Shown piece after piece: positions 50,170-61,608 of a DNA stretch of 64,000 bases. Origin of the DNA: Mustelus asterias (lineage: Eukaryota); assembly GCF_964213995.1 (NCBI RefSeq), contig NW_027590142.1, forward strand, positions 372,001-436,000, given 5' to 3'. A program made the position numbers and the translations under genes. The notes beneath the pieces were generated by a model. That model was given only the letters and a program-made list of their open reading frames with translations. It was not told the DNA's origin and searched no databases. Each line of letters opens with the position of its first letter. The stretch's first letter is position 1.

Positions 50170-50830
50170 AGGCGTTTGTTCAGTAATACAGAGACAGGGC
50201 CGAGTGCAACAATTATTTATACAGTACCTGCACTAGTATGAATGGAGGCTGAGTTCAGTTCAATAATTCTTGAGAGAAGGTCTAGTGTATTAGTAACTAG
50301 CGTCGTACTTTCTAATATAAACAGAGACATGCAGCTGTAACAAAGAAAGATTTATTCTAATATCAGCGGAGACAATGTGCACAATAATTTCAACTGAGAC
50401 AGGTTCTAGTGTAATGTAAACTCATATAGGTGCTATCAGAATATAGGGACATGATCTAGCGTGATATAAACAGAGATGTAGCCCAGTGGAATAAAAAGTG
50501 AGGCAATGCAGAGTAAAGTAATAATTGAGAGAGGATGATGTGCAAAATGAACAGCAGTATGGTTTAGCGCATAATAAAGGAGAGAACATCAAACGTAATA
50601 AAACTGACACCGGGCCGAGAATAATTTCGTCTGATTCTGGGCATTGTATAATATAAAATGAGACAAAGCCTGACACAGTAATGTCAGACCAAGGCCTTAG
50701 ATTGATATAAGCTTTGACGCGGCAAGTGCATCAATGAATGAAAAGTGTAATAAAACAATAATTACAGAGACAGGATGCTGTTCGCTATAAACATGGAGGT
50801 AGACTGGTGCAGGAGTGATTGAGATATTGT
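50170..50830 (+). repeat. Degenerate ~28-bp minisatellite
   Basis: Repeated TCTAGTGTAATATAAACAGAGAC-like units; continues after the SINE to ~51400. Confidence 0.6.
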
Positions 50831-50862
50831 TGATGCTTTTATATACGTGGCAGGTTCCAGCA

Positions 50863-51182
50863 ATCATAGAAATCCTACAGTACAGAAAGAGGCCATTCGG
50901 CCCATCGAGTCTGCACCGACCGCAATCCCACCCAGGCCCTAGCCCCATATCACTCCATATTTTATCCGCTAACCTACACATCCCAGGACACTAAGGGGCA
51001 ATTTTAGCATGGCCAATCAACCTCACATCTTTGGACTGCGGGAGCAAACCGGAGCACCCGGTGTAAACCCACGCAGACACGAGGAGAATGTGCAAACTCC
51101 ACACAGACAGTGACCCAAGCCGGGAATCGAACCACGTCCCTGGAGCTGTGAAGCAGCAGTGCTAACCACTGTGCTACCGTGC
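50863..51182 (-). mobile_element. Full-length V-SINE
   Basis: Close match to the reverse complement of 23103-23441. Confidence 0.9.
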
Positions 51183-51984
51183 AATAACTGACACTGAGCC
51201 TCGTGTAATAAAAACAGTAACGTGTTCTGGTGCAGTATCAGAAGACAGAGGGTCAAGTGACGTAACAACAGATACATGGAGAATCATGACATTAGCCGAT
51301 AATTAATTCCGTGCTGCCGTAACTGCCAGAATGCACGGTGCAATATCAACTCAGGCTTTGATCAGTATAATAACAACCGGGATTTTGATGAGTACGGAAT
51401 CAACTCAGAATTATTGTCATATTATCAGAAATAGGATTTCTTGTCATATAAACTGGCTCTAGTTTAGGATGGGCAAAGCCTGAGTCCATGGCAGCAATAA
51501 TTGAGACAATCTCAGTTTTGTGTCATGCCAAAAATCACGGTTTCACTGCCATCTCCTGGACAACCTTTGCTATTGCAGATGTTGGGAAATGCTGATTTTA
51601 GTTGCTGTTTCTTATTTTTTCATTATCTGTAAACCCAGCTGGAGAGGCCAGCAATTATAGGTAATCGCTAATACTCTGAATTTATTGGTTTTCTAAAACA
51701 TGACAGCAGGCAGTTAGCGCCAACCACTTGGAGGCCTGGAGTTACGTATGGGCCAAGCTGGGGAAGGATGGAAGGTTTCCTTTTCCAGAGGGCATTAGCG
51801 AATCTGACGTGTTTTTTGTAATAGCCGCAATTAAGGAAACGAACTTTAAATTCAAAATTTTAATTGCATTCTAAATCTCACGTACTGTTGTAGTTGCCTT
51901 TGAATATATACCTTGAGAAAATTGCCTCCCCTCCTAATTACTAGCCCAGTGATATTACCACTATGCCACTGCCTCCCCTTTCAA

Positions 51985-53800
51985 GATTCATAGAGCATTT
52001 ACAACAGTGGAGAAGGCCATTTGACTCATCGTGTATGTGTTTGCCCTCTAAAGGAGCAATTCATCCAATAACACTCTCTACCCCACAGTCCAGCATTTTG
52101 TTCATTTTCAGACAATAATTCAATCCCATTTTGAAACCATCAATTGGCGCTGCCTGCACCAGACTCTCAAACAGCACATTCCAAATCTGAGTCAGTCACT
52201 GTCTGAAAATGTTTTCCGTTATGTCTCCATGCTTCTTTTGCCAATTAACTTCGATCCGCACCCTCTGGTACAAGATCCTTCTCCTAGTTAACGGTTCCTC
52301 TCTATCGACTCTCTCCAGACCACTTTGCATTTTGAATGCCTCAATAAGAACATAATAAGAACATAAGAACTAGGAGCAGGAGTTGGTCATCTGTCCCCTC
52401 GAGCCTGCTCCGCCATTCAATAAGATCTTTTCGTGGACTCAGCTCCACTTAACTGCGCCGCTCACCATAACCCTACATTCCTTTACTGTTGAAAAATGTA
52501 GCTATCCTTGCCTTAAAAACATTCAATGAGGTAGCCGCAACTGCTTCACTGGGCAGGGAATTCCTTGTATTCCATCTGCCAGACCCTCGCCCACTCACTT
52601 AGACTATCTATATCCCTTTGTCGACTTCCAGCATCCTCTGCACACTTTGCTCTGCCACTCATCTTCGTGTCGTCTGCGAATTTTGACACAGTGCACTTGG
52701 TCCCCAATTCCAAATCATCTATTTAAATCGTAAACAATTGCTGTCCCAACACTGATCCCTGAGGCACACCACTAGTCACTGATCGCCAACCAGAAAAACA
52801 CCCATTTACCCCTTCTCTTAACTTTCTGTTAGTTAGCCAATCCTCTATCCATGCTAATACATTACCCGTAACACCGTGCACCTTTACCTTATGCAGCAGT
52901 CTTTGGCGCGGCACCTTGTCAAATGCTTTCTGGAAATCCAGATACACCACATCCACAGGTTCCCCATTGTCACTGCACATGTAACGTTCTCAAAGAATTC
53001 CACCAAATTAGTGAAACATGACCTTCCCTTCACGAACCCATGCTAAGATCACATCAGTAACTCCCTGTCAAGGAAAACAGTCCTAACCTCTCCAATATAT
53101 TCTTGTAATTGAAGTTTCTGAACTCTGGAACTATTCTCGTGTTTTTCCTCTGCAGCCATCCTGTTGGCTTTACATTCCTCCTTAAGTTTGGTGCCCCGAA
53201 TTGGACGCAATATTTCTGTTGACTATTTTCCATTGCTTTCGACAGATATGGCCTAATTTCCTTGCTTCTGTATTCTATTCCCCAATAGACAAAGATTGTT
53301 AACTATTTTATTTACTGCAGTCTCAACTGTCTTCCACCATGAATGATTTATTCACATATTCTCTCAGTTCCCTCGGCGTCGACACCCACTTTCATAGCGT
53401 TTTCATCATTTCCATTTGTCTCTTCACATTTTGCACAACAAAGCTGAGCATGTAACTTTACTCTGCAATAAACTAAACCTCCTAATTACACGCCAATTGC
53501 ACCAATTAGGATCTTTTTCGTTCTAAAGTTCTGCATGATCTACTGATGGTTGGCAATGTTTCCAAGTTCTGTATCATTCACAGGTCTTGAAAGTCTGACT
53601 TCCATACCAAGCTCTCGGTCATTACTATGCCAGGATGTTCAACTATTCCTGGCAACTTCACTACAAGCTTTGCTCAAGTCCGAAAAACAGCGACGAGTTG
53701 TTTCCTGGCACTCAGCCAATTTCCTATCCATGTTACTCCTGTCCATTTTATTCTGTGAGCTCCATATTTACTCACAAGCTGTGGTGCAGCACCGTATCAC
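51985..53800 (-). mobile_element. Old CR1 with a nested younger CR1 piece (~52345-53045)
   Basis: VYLDFQKAFDKVP...GVPQGSVLG ORF 52723-52980; decayed CR1 3' sequence either side. Confidence 0.72.
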
Positions 53801-54496
53801 ATGACTTTTGGACGCCCAATAAGAGAAATACCCTCACAAACCATCTCTGTTACTCAGCATAAAACTCAAGCAAGTTAATTATACACGATTTGACCTGAAC
53901 AAATGCATTCTGGCTGAATTTGTCACGAAACATATAAGTGGGATGATTGCTGCAGTGATTAAGAGAGTGAAGATATAAATGCTAAATCTGCTGACGACAC
54001 AAAGATAGATCGGAAAATTGAGCATTGGCGAGGGCATTGGGCATGTCTCGAATATTGTGTGCACTACTTGTCTCCTTATCTTAAGAAAGATGTTAATGCA
54101 TTAGAAAAAGTTCAGAGGAGTTTCACTAAACTATTACCAGCTATGAGCGGGTCATCTTATGAGGAAAGAATGGTACCGTCAGGTTTGTACCCACGGGAGT
54201 TTAGAAGAGTAAGAGGCAAATTGGCTGAAACCTTCAAAACCCTAAGTGGTGCGAACAGTGTGGATGTTGAGCGGATGTTTCCTCTTGTCCAATGTTGTAG
54301 CTGTCCTGGATATTCTCTGAGTGCAGATATCTCAGATCTTGGTTCTGCGTCTGTTACCACTGCTGTACTGTCCACGGGAGGGCGCTCTTTGATCACTTCC
54401 CGAACATCAGAGTCTCCTTTTGCAGAAAGTGACAATTTGTTGATACGAAAATGGGCGGAGAAAATAAATCCCATCCAATCACATTGCATCTTCCCG

Positions 54497-54920
54497 GTTC
54501 TTTTGATTCAACCTTTAACTTCAATACATTTATTTAACTCAAATGTCCTCATTCTGAACTGAATATCTCTGAAATAGAGAACATTGAATTGCAAGCATGA
54601 CTGACCAACAAAAGAGCGCGAGTCACTGGGAAATACACATCCCATGGTACCTTTTTGAAATTGACCGCAGTCAGCTTTCAAACAAAAGCAAATATCTTTC
54701 AAGGGAAGAGATTTAAGAATGATCTGTTAGTTATACTTGATCCTTCTTTATTCTGTGTGTGAAACATTCTGGCGCTTAAATATCTTTCATCTACAGGAGG
54801 CCCAGCAAGTCCGCATTGATTCTCCATTTCCTCATCTACCTGAACGGTATTTCCTACATCTTTATTAGGAAGAACAATTTTAAAAATAAGCTTCGAAGCA
54901 ATGTGTGCCATTTCCTCTAT
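54497..54920 (-). repeat. Inverted repeat of ~59061-59470
   Basis: Shared CCAGAATGTTTCACACACAGAATAAAG..GATCAAGTATAA.TAACAGATCATTCT and flanks. Confidence 0.85.
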
Positions 54921-55043
54921 TGACCGGTCGAAAAACAATGGGAATTTCCCCATCCGTGAGCTGCGGCTGTCTGGCCGCGCGGTGTATTACTGCGGACTGA
55001 GAGACTCAGAGACAGAAACCAGAGGGAGCCCCGCACCAAAACA
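54921..55043 (+). pseudogene. Truncated TCR alpha/delta-type V relic (FR3 end plus degenerate 23-RSS)
   Basis: DRSKNNGNFPIRELRLSGRAVYYCGLR, then CTCAGAG (55005-55011), 23 nt, ACCAAAACA (55035-55043). Confidence 0.75.
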
Positions 55044-55889
55044 CTGCCGCAAAGTCACAGGGTGAACGGAGCAGAGAATGGTAATAATATTGAACTTTTT
55101 TAATTCGGCATGATTCACTCTGCAGTGCCTCCATACATTTTCAGTGTTTTCTGATATTCACAACAGGGGAGACGATGGCCTGGGGGTATTATCGCTAGAC
55201 GATTAATCCAGAAGCTCAGCTAAAGTTCTGCAGACCCATTTCAATAAAAAAAATCTACAATTAAAAATCCAGTTCACTAAAGTACTTTAGGGAAGGAAAA
55301 CTGCATTCCTCTGGCCTACATGTGACACCAGAGCCACTGCGATGTGGTTGATTCTCAACTAGAGATGGACAATAAATGCTGGCCAACCAGTGGCACCCAT
55401 GTCCCACACACAGAACAACATTTCACTGGATTCACGATTGAAACTGTCCTGAAAGTAAGGCTAATGGACGTATTAAAAAAAACAATGACAGAACTATTTA
55501 GCCTTCCATAGCTTCCGGGTCACACTAAGAAAATAAGCGGATTTTGTGGAATGTCAATTATTGAGCATGTTGAATCAATAGCTTTATGGAGCATAATCTC
55601 ATCAAGAGCTATGCTGATAGCGCGGGAAAGTGGCGTTCAGGCTTATCAGCCCTGATCTAACTGAATGACAAAACAGAATCGAAGGGCAGAATGGCCTACA
55701 GCTGTTCCCACGTTCCTACACCCCATTTGTCCATTTTCTTCCCGACGTCAATCGTTAAATCTCGAAGTTTTCTCTGTAAGGATAGTGATTGCCATCCAGC
55801 TCACTGTGTGTCTGTTTACTGTCTGTTATCTCACCACCTGGGTGTCACGCAGCTCCGCTGGGGACAGAAGGGACGGAGCTGAGAACATC

Positions 55890-55945
55890 CGGAGACAGGA
55901 AGCTGATTATTGAGGGCAACGATTAGACTTAATGAGATCAAACAC
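55890..55945 (+). promoter_or_regulatory. Candidate TCR V promoter (Ets-like CAGGAAG; CRE/decamer-like AATGAGATCA)
   Basis: Motifs ~40-85 nt upstream of the leader ATG; resemble known TCR V promoter elements. Confidence 0.4.
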
Positions 55946-55977
55946 CCAGCTCCCCTTCTACAGAGCGGACAGCAACA

Positions 55978-56023
55978 ATGTGGCTGCTCGGCGTGTGTGT
56001 AATGTGGGGACCGTTCCTGACAG
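55978..56023 (+). CDS. Leader exon of the TCR V (MWLLGVCVMWGPFLT-D)
   Basis: 46 nt, phase-1 donor G|GTAATT; 110-bp intron to TTTTCAG acceptor; in frame. Confidence 0.88.
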
Positions 56024-56133
56024 GTAATTATGTGCAAAATACAGTGCACCGTTTCTCACATTTCCCAAGCTTGGTTCCAGACCATTCTTTCATGGTCCGC
56101 CCGTCTGAACATTTTCTGTTTTGTTATTTTCAG

Positions 56134-56440
56134 ACCTGAGTCATGGAGATTCTGTCACCCAGTCGCTCTCATCAGATGTTAAGAGAGAAGGCGAGATCGT
56201 GACTTTAACCTGTGACTATCAAACCACAGAGAGCGACTATAGGCTGTACTGGTACCGACAACATCCAGACACACAGCCCGTGTTTATAGTGCGGAAAGAT
56301 CCTGATGGTTATGAAGATAAAGCAGATGTTTTTAAAAGTCGGTTCTATGTAGATCTCCAGGCTTCGAACAAATTCATCAGTGTAAATATATTCGACCTGA
56401 GCCAGACTGATGCTGCCGCTTATTACTGCGCGTTCAGACG
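56134..56440 (+). CDS. TRAV/DV: TCR alpha/delta-type V exon, intact
   Basis: DLSHG-DSVTQ...VTLTCDYQT...LYWYRQHPDTQPVFI...SRF...DAAAYYCAFR; no stops. Confidence 0.92.
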
Positions 56441-56479
56441 CACAGTGATAGAAAGAAGACCCAGCTTCGTGCAAAAACC
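56441..56479 (+). other. 23-RSS of the TCR V
   Basis: CACAGTG, 23-nt spacer, GCAAAAACC. Confidence 0.95.
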
Positions 56480-57781
56480 GGCTTACACTGGAGGAATGAG
56501 CCCGTGACGATTGAAGATTGCTTTATGGCCAGATGTTAACTGAGCTGTCAGCCTCTCAAACACACACACACAGAGGAAATCAAGTTAACCTCAGATGAAA
56601 CCACCATCTAACTGTTTCTAGCAGCAGTGGAGAAAACAAACTGCAGAATCCAATCTGTCAGGCAGATCCAGCACGGAATCATACTCGACTCATGCTTCCG
56701 AAAGACAATCATGCCATTTTGTGGTCTGGCTCCACCAGTCAGTAGTGCGCTGGAAGCCAGTGAATGGAAATACATCAAGCTGCGATACAATTAATGTCAT
56801 GGTAATGGGAATATACCCATTGTTTGCGACCACGGTTTGGAATTAAATACTTATTTTTTAATTGGGGAACGTTCGCAGAACATTGCAGGCATTGACCCAA
56901 CGTCATTGCACTCACCAGCAAATTTCAAAGCTATCTGTGCAGAAAACAACTCGCATTCAGTTTCACACTAGCCCTACAATCTATAGGTTACATCACAATA
57001 ACAATAATACAAATCAGGAAAAATTTGTATTAACATAATTTGACAATATGCTGAATACAGTGAATCTCCAGAAATAAGGCAATTTAACAGTCACCGCCAA
57101 CAGAGGGAGCCAGTATTCCTGACCAGTGCACCTAATCAATCAATAAACCGCATGGCACTGGGGAATGAGCACTCTCATTATTCTCATCATAAGTCACCAA
57201 TTCAGAAAACCGCACCCATCCTTATAATTTCCCTTTCTTGTTAGGAGACCATGATATTTGGTTTGGACTCTGTTACATTGCTCAACTTCCCTGATCGATG
57301 CACCAAATTTAAATTTACTTAAATGAACCAGTGGTCTTATGCTCTACAATCACAGTTCAATTTAAATGATATTTCAGGATAAATCTTTCCCATATCAGAT
57401 TGTACTTTATATTGTTGATTTTATACCTTCCTTGAATTTCCTCTGCCATCTCAATCATTGCTTCTCCCTTTGTCTATCTGCTTCCCTCACTGTATCTCCC
57501 CCAAACTCTCTCACTGACTTGTCATTGTCATTATGTTTCTATCCATTTCACTCCCTATTATTCTGTGAATCCTATACCGCTAAGTCCATCTCTGCTTATA
57601 TCAGGTGAAGAATATCCATTTCCAACCAATGCAACAGCAGAGAGCACAAGTGACCTTCAATGAGTGTTGCTGACTTCACTTGTCCATTTCATATTTACTG
57701 CGGCATCCTCATACTCTCTGATAATTATGAATTCGCTGAATGAGACAAATAGAAAGACATTTATTGATTATGAGGCGCCAA

Positions 57782-57843
57782 GTATCTGGAGTGTCGTGGT
57801 TGTCGCGGTCGCCTCGCATGCGATTTGAAACTAGGCAGAAACA
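57782..57843 (+). pseudogene. tRNA-Val-derived pseudogene with an ~11-nt internal deletion
   Basis: GTATCTGGAGTGTCGTGGTTGTCGCGGTCGCCTCGCATGCGA/TTTGAAACTAGGCAGAAACA aligns to vertebrate tRNA-Val lacking the variable-loop and 5' T-stem region. Confidence 0.62.
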
Positions 57844-58101
57844 CTATTCGAAAATTTTAATTAAGCTTGAGCCACGTCTGCATGTTTTAATTTGTTGCTA
57901 AAGATTACTGAATCGTGATGTTACATCTATATTACATTCGTGTCACCTCGGCCTCAAATGCTTTAGGAAAATAAGAAATGCTGTATTTCAGGACGCAATG
58001 GCAGGATAGAAATGTTTATATTGTTTGTACACATACGCAACTCGTTCAATTCACAACAGAATTTAATGGGTTTATTGATGTAGACTAACATTATTAATCA
58101 C

Positions 58102-58972
58102 CATAGAATCATAGAGTCATAGAGAGTCATAGAGGTTTACAGTATGGAAACAGGCCCTTCGGCCCAAATTATCCATACCATCCCTTTTTCTAACCCCTAA
58201 GATAGTCCCAGTTGCCCGCGTTTGGCCCATATCCCTCTCTACCCATCTTACCCGAGTAACTGTCTGAACGCTTTTGAAAGACAAAATTGATACCTCCTCT
58301 TCTACTACGTCTGGCAATTTGTTCCAGATACTCACCACCCTCTGTGTGAAATAATTACCCCCCTGGACCCTTTTGTATCTCTCCCCTCTCACTTTAAACC
58401 TATGCCCTCGAGTTCTTGACTCCCCAACTCTGGGAAAATATATTGACTATCTAGCTGATCTATGCCCCTCATTACCTTATGGACTGGTATAAAATCACCC
58501 CTAAGCCTCCTACGTTCCAGAGGAAAAAGTCCCAGACTATCCAGCCTCTCCTTGAAACTCAAACCATCAAGCCCCAGTAGCATCCTGGTAAATAATTTCG
58601 GCACTCTTTCTAATTTATTAATATCATTTCTATAATAGGAAGACCAGAACTGCACATTGTATTCCAAGTGTGGCCTTATCAATGTTTTGTACAACTTCAA
58701 CAAGACGTCTAAACTCCTGTATTCAATGTTCTGACCAAAGAAACCAAGCATGCCAAATGCCTTCTTCCCCACTCTATCCACCTGTGACTCCACTTTCAAG
58801 AAGCTATGAACCTGTACCCCTGGATCTCTTTGTTCTGTAACTCCCCCCAACGCCCTGCCATTAACTGAGTAAGTCCTGCCCTGGTTCGATCGACTAAAAT
58901 GCATCAGCTGGCATTTATCTGAATTACACTTCATCTGCCATTCATCAGCCCACGGGCCCAATTGATCAAGAT
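58102..58972 (-). mobile_element. CR1 3' fragment
   Basis: ORFs 58389-59006 and 58117-58392 with LIRPHLEY, RRLRGD; (GACTCTAT)n tail. Confidence 0.88.
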
Positions 58973-59976
58973 CAAGCTGAAACATGATCAAGGTCACCTG
59001 AAACATGTCTAATAGTATTGCGTGCTCGTAAGGACAGTCACAAGTGAAACTGTAACTGAACTAGAGGAAATGGTGCAAATTTCCCAGAAGCATCTTTTAA
59101 AAATGGTTCTTCATAATAAAGAAATGGGGGGAAAAAAACACTCAGACAGATGAGGAAATCAAGAATCAGCGCGGACCTGCTGGACTTCCTTTAGATGAAC
59201 GAACCAGAATGTTTCACACACAGAATAAAGAGCGATCAAGTATAATTAACAGATCATTCTGAAATCTCTTCCCTTTTAAGATTTGATTTTGTTTAAAAGC
59301 TAACTGTGGTCAATCACAAATAAACACCATGGGATGTGTATTACCCGGTGGCTCAATTGCTTTGTTGGTCAGTCATGTTTGCATTTCAATGTTGTATATT
59401 TCAGAGACATTCAATTCGGAATGAGGACATATGTGTTAATTAAATGTATCGATATTAAATGTTGAATAAAAAACAAATACTGGAAAGAACTGTTTGAAAT
59501 TGTTCGACGGAAGATGAGAATGATGCATTAATGACGGAGCATATTCTATGATTCTATGATTTACAGCAGAAATCATTGTTCCCTTAGACATTTGCGGGAC
59601 GAAAGCAGTTACAATTTGAAATTCCAGATAAATTGAGGCATCACGTTGAAAGTAACGGTTGCCTTCTTGTATTGAGGTACATGGACTCTGAAAGATACAT
59701 GAATTGCAGACTCACAAGCGCGGCCAGTAACAATATGGAGAAAATGTCATTAAAAACAAAGGTCGAAGCAGAAATATTATTTTAGCATTGATAGCAAGCT
59801 TATATTGTTCGACGTGATATATTCTGATGAGTTGTCAAGGTTGATATTACTGTTGGTATGCTGAAATAATTCACGTTCACTGAGCTTGACGCTCGGCATT
59901 GTTTGTGCAGTGTAACGGGTAAAATGTGTACTTCATACTCAAAAGCGCCCAGTACCAAACAGTCGAGTTAGCAACA

Positions 59977-60300
59977 TCATGGAAACCCTACAGTGCAGAA
60001 GCAGGCCATTTGGCTCATCGTGTCTGCACCGACAACAATCCCACCGAGGCCTTATCCCCGTAGGCCCACATATTTACAAGGCTAGCCTACGCATCCCGGG
60101 ACACTAGGAGGCTATTTAGCATGGCCAATGCTCCTAACCCGCACATCGTTGGAGTGTGGGAGGAAACCGGAGCACCGCGATGAAACCCACGCAGACACAG
60201 AGAGAACATGCAGACACCGCACAGACAGTGATCCAAAGCGGGAATCGAATCCTGGTCCTTAGAGCTGTGAGGCAGCAGTGCTAACTACTGCACCATCTTG
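59977..60300 (-). mobile_element. V-SINE
   Basis: Same family as 50863-51182. Confidence 0.82.
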
Positions 60301-61433
60301 TCTCCCAAAACTATCATCAGTGCATAACTCTGATATGAATGCCAGAGTGGGATTCAAACGCAGTTCCACGGAACATTACCCTGGGTCTCTGGATTATTAG
60401 TCCAGTGACAATACCACTATGCATTCAGTCCTCAAATGCTGAGGTGCTGATTTTTTTCCAAAACTAACGGCTTTTATCAGAGGTGCCTGAGCTGCTTTGG
60501 ATACAAACAAATTAGTTATATTATGGTTAACGCACCGGAAGGGCACGCTCAGTCGTTTCGGGCGAGCCATGCAATGTTGATTTATATTGCCCAATCCGCA
60601 GATTTTGTTCATTTCTTTCCGGTAGAGACTTCGAGATTCGTTCACATGGGGTTTGGTCTGAGAACCTGAGCACTAACTGCAGGGAATCCGTCAGCACAAC
60701 ACACTCGCTAGAAAAATATTCTCAAAAGGGTTGACTTGTACGGAGACATTCATGTTATCACCATTCACCTGTTCAAGGGACCCCACGACTGCCAGTTCAG
60801 GGATCCGGCCGAATGTTTCTTTTTATTCAATAACGAGATATGGGTGTTGCTGGTTGGGTCAGCAATATTACCCATCAGTAATTGGTCTTGAGAAGGTGGT
60901 GGCGAGCTGCCTTCTTGAACTGCTGCAGTCTATTGGTTTAGACACATCCATAGAGCTGTTGGGTATGGGGTGGAAGGGTTTCGTTATACCAGGACCTTGT
61001 CCCAGTGACAGTGAAGGAACAGTGATATATTTCCAAGCAATGTGGTGATTGGCCTGGAGGGGAGCTTCCAGGTGGTAGCGGTCTTGGGTTTGCAAGCTGC
61101 TCTCTGAGGTGCATTTGGTGAGTTCAAGCATCATACAGACAAGTGGAGAATAATCCATCAGACTCTTGACTTGTGCCTTGTATATGGTGGACAGATTTTA
61201 GGGACTCAGGAGGTGAATTCCTCACCGCAGGATTCACAGCTTCTGACCTGCTCTTGTAGCCACTGCACGAACAGATAAAATGTGTGCTGAGCCACAATAT
61301 GAGCATCTCTTTTCGTGCTCAGTGTGTAGTGGATTTTCAGCACTTCTATTCTTTTTTCTGAATACATCTTGAGGCATATGTAACAGCCACTGTCATATGC
61401 TTGTAAAATATTATTTTCAAGTAAGTAATATTC

Positions 61434-61608
61434 AGTGAGGAGTCTCACAACACCAGCTTAAAGTCCAACAGGTGTATTTGAAATCACTCACCTGATGAAG
61501 GAGCAGCACTCCAAAAGCTCGAAATTCCAAATAAACGTGACGGACTTTAACCTGATGTGAGACTTATTACTTTGCCCACCCCAGTCCAACGCCGGGCATC
61601 TCCACCTC
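61434..61608 (+). mobile_element. Penelope-like hairpin insertion with degenerate hammerhead core
   Basis: CTGATGAAGGAGCAGCACTCCAAAA; 11-bp target duplication AAGTAATATTC (61423-61433, 61609-61619). Confidence 0.75.

Noticed and set aside
54841-54920. Apparent V-like peptide (IFIRKNNFKNKLRSN) upstream of the TCR V relic
   Set aside because: This stretch is the reverse strand of the repeat shared with 59061-59150, so it is probably not V-derived
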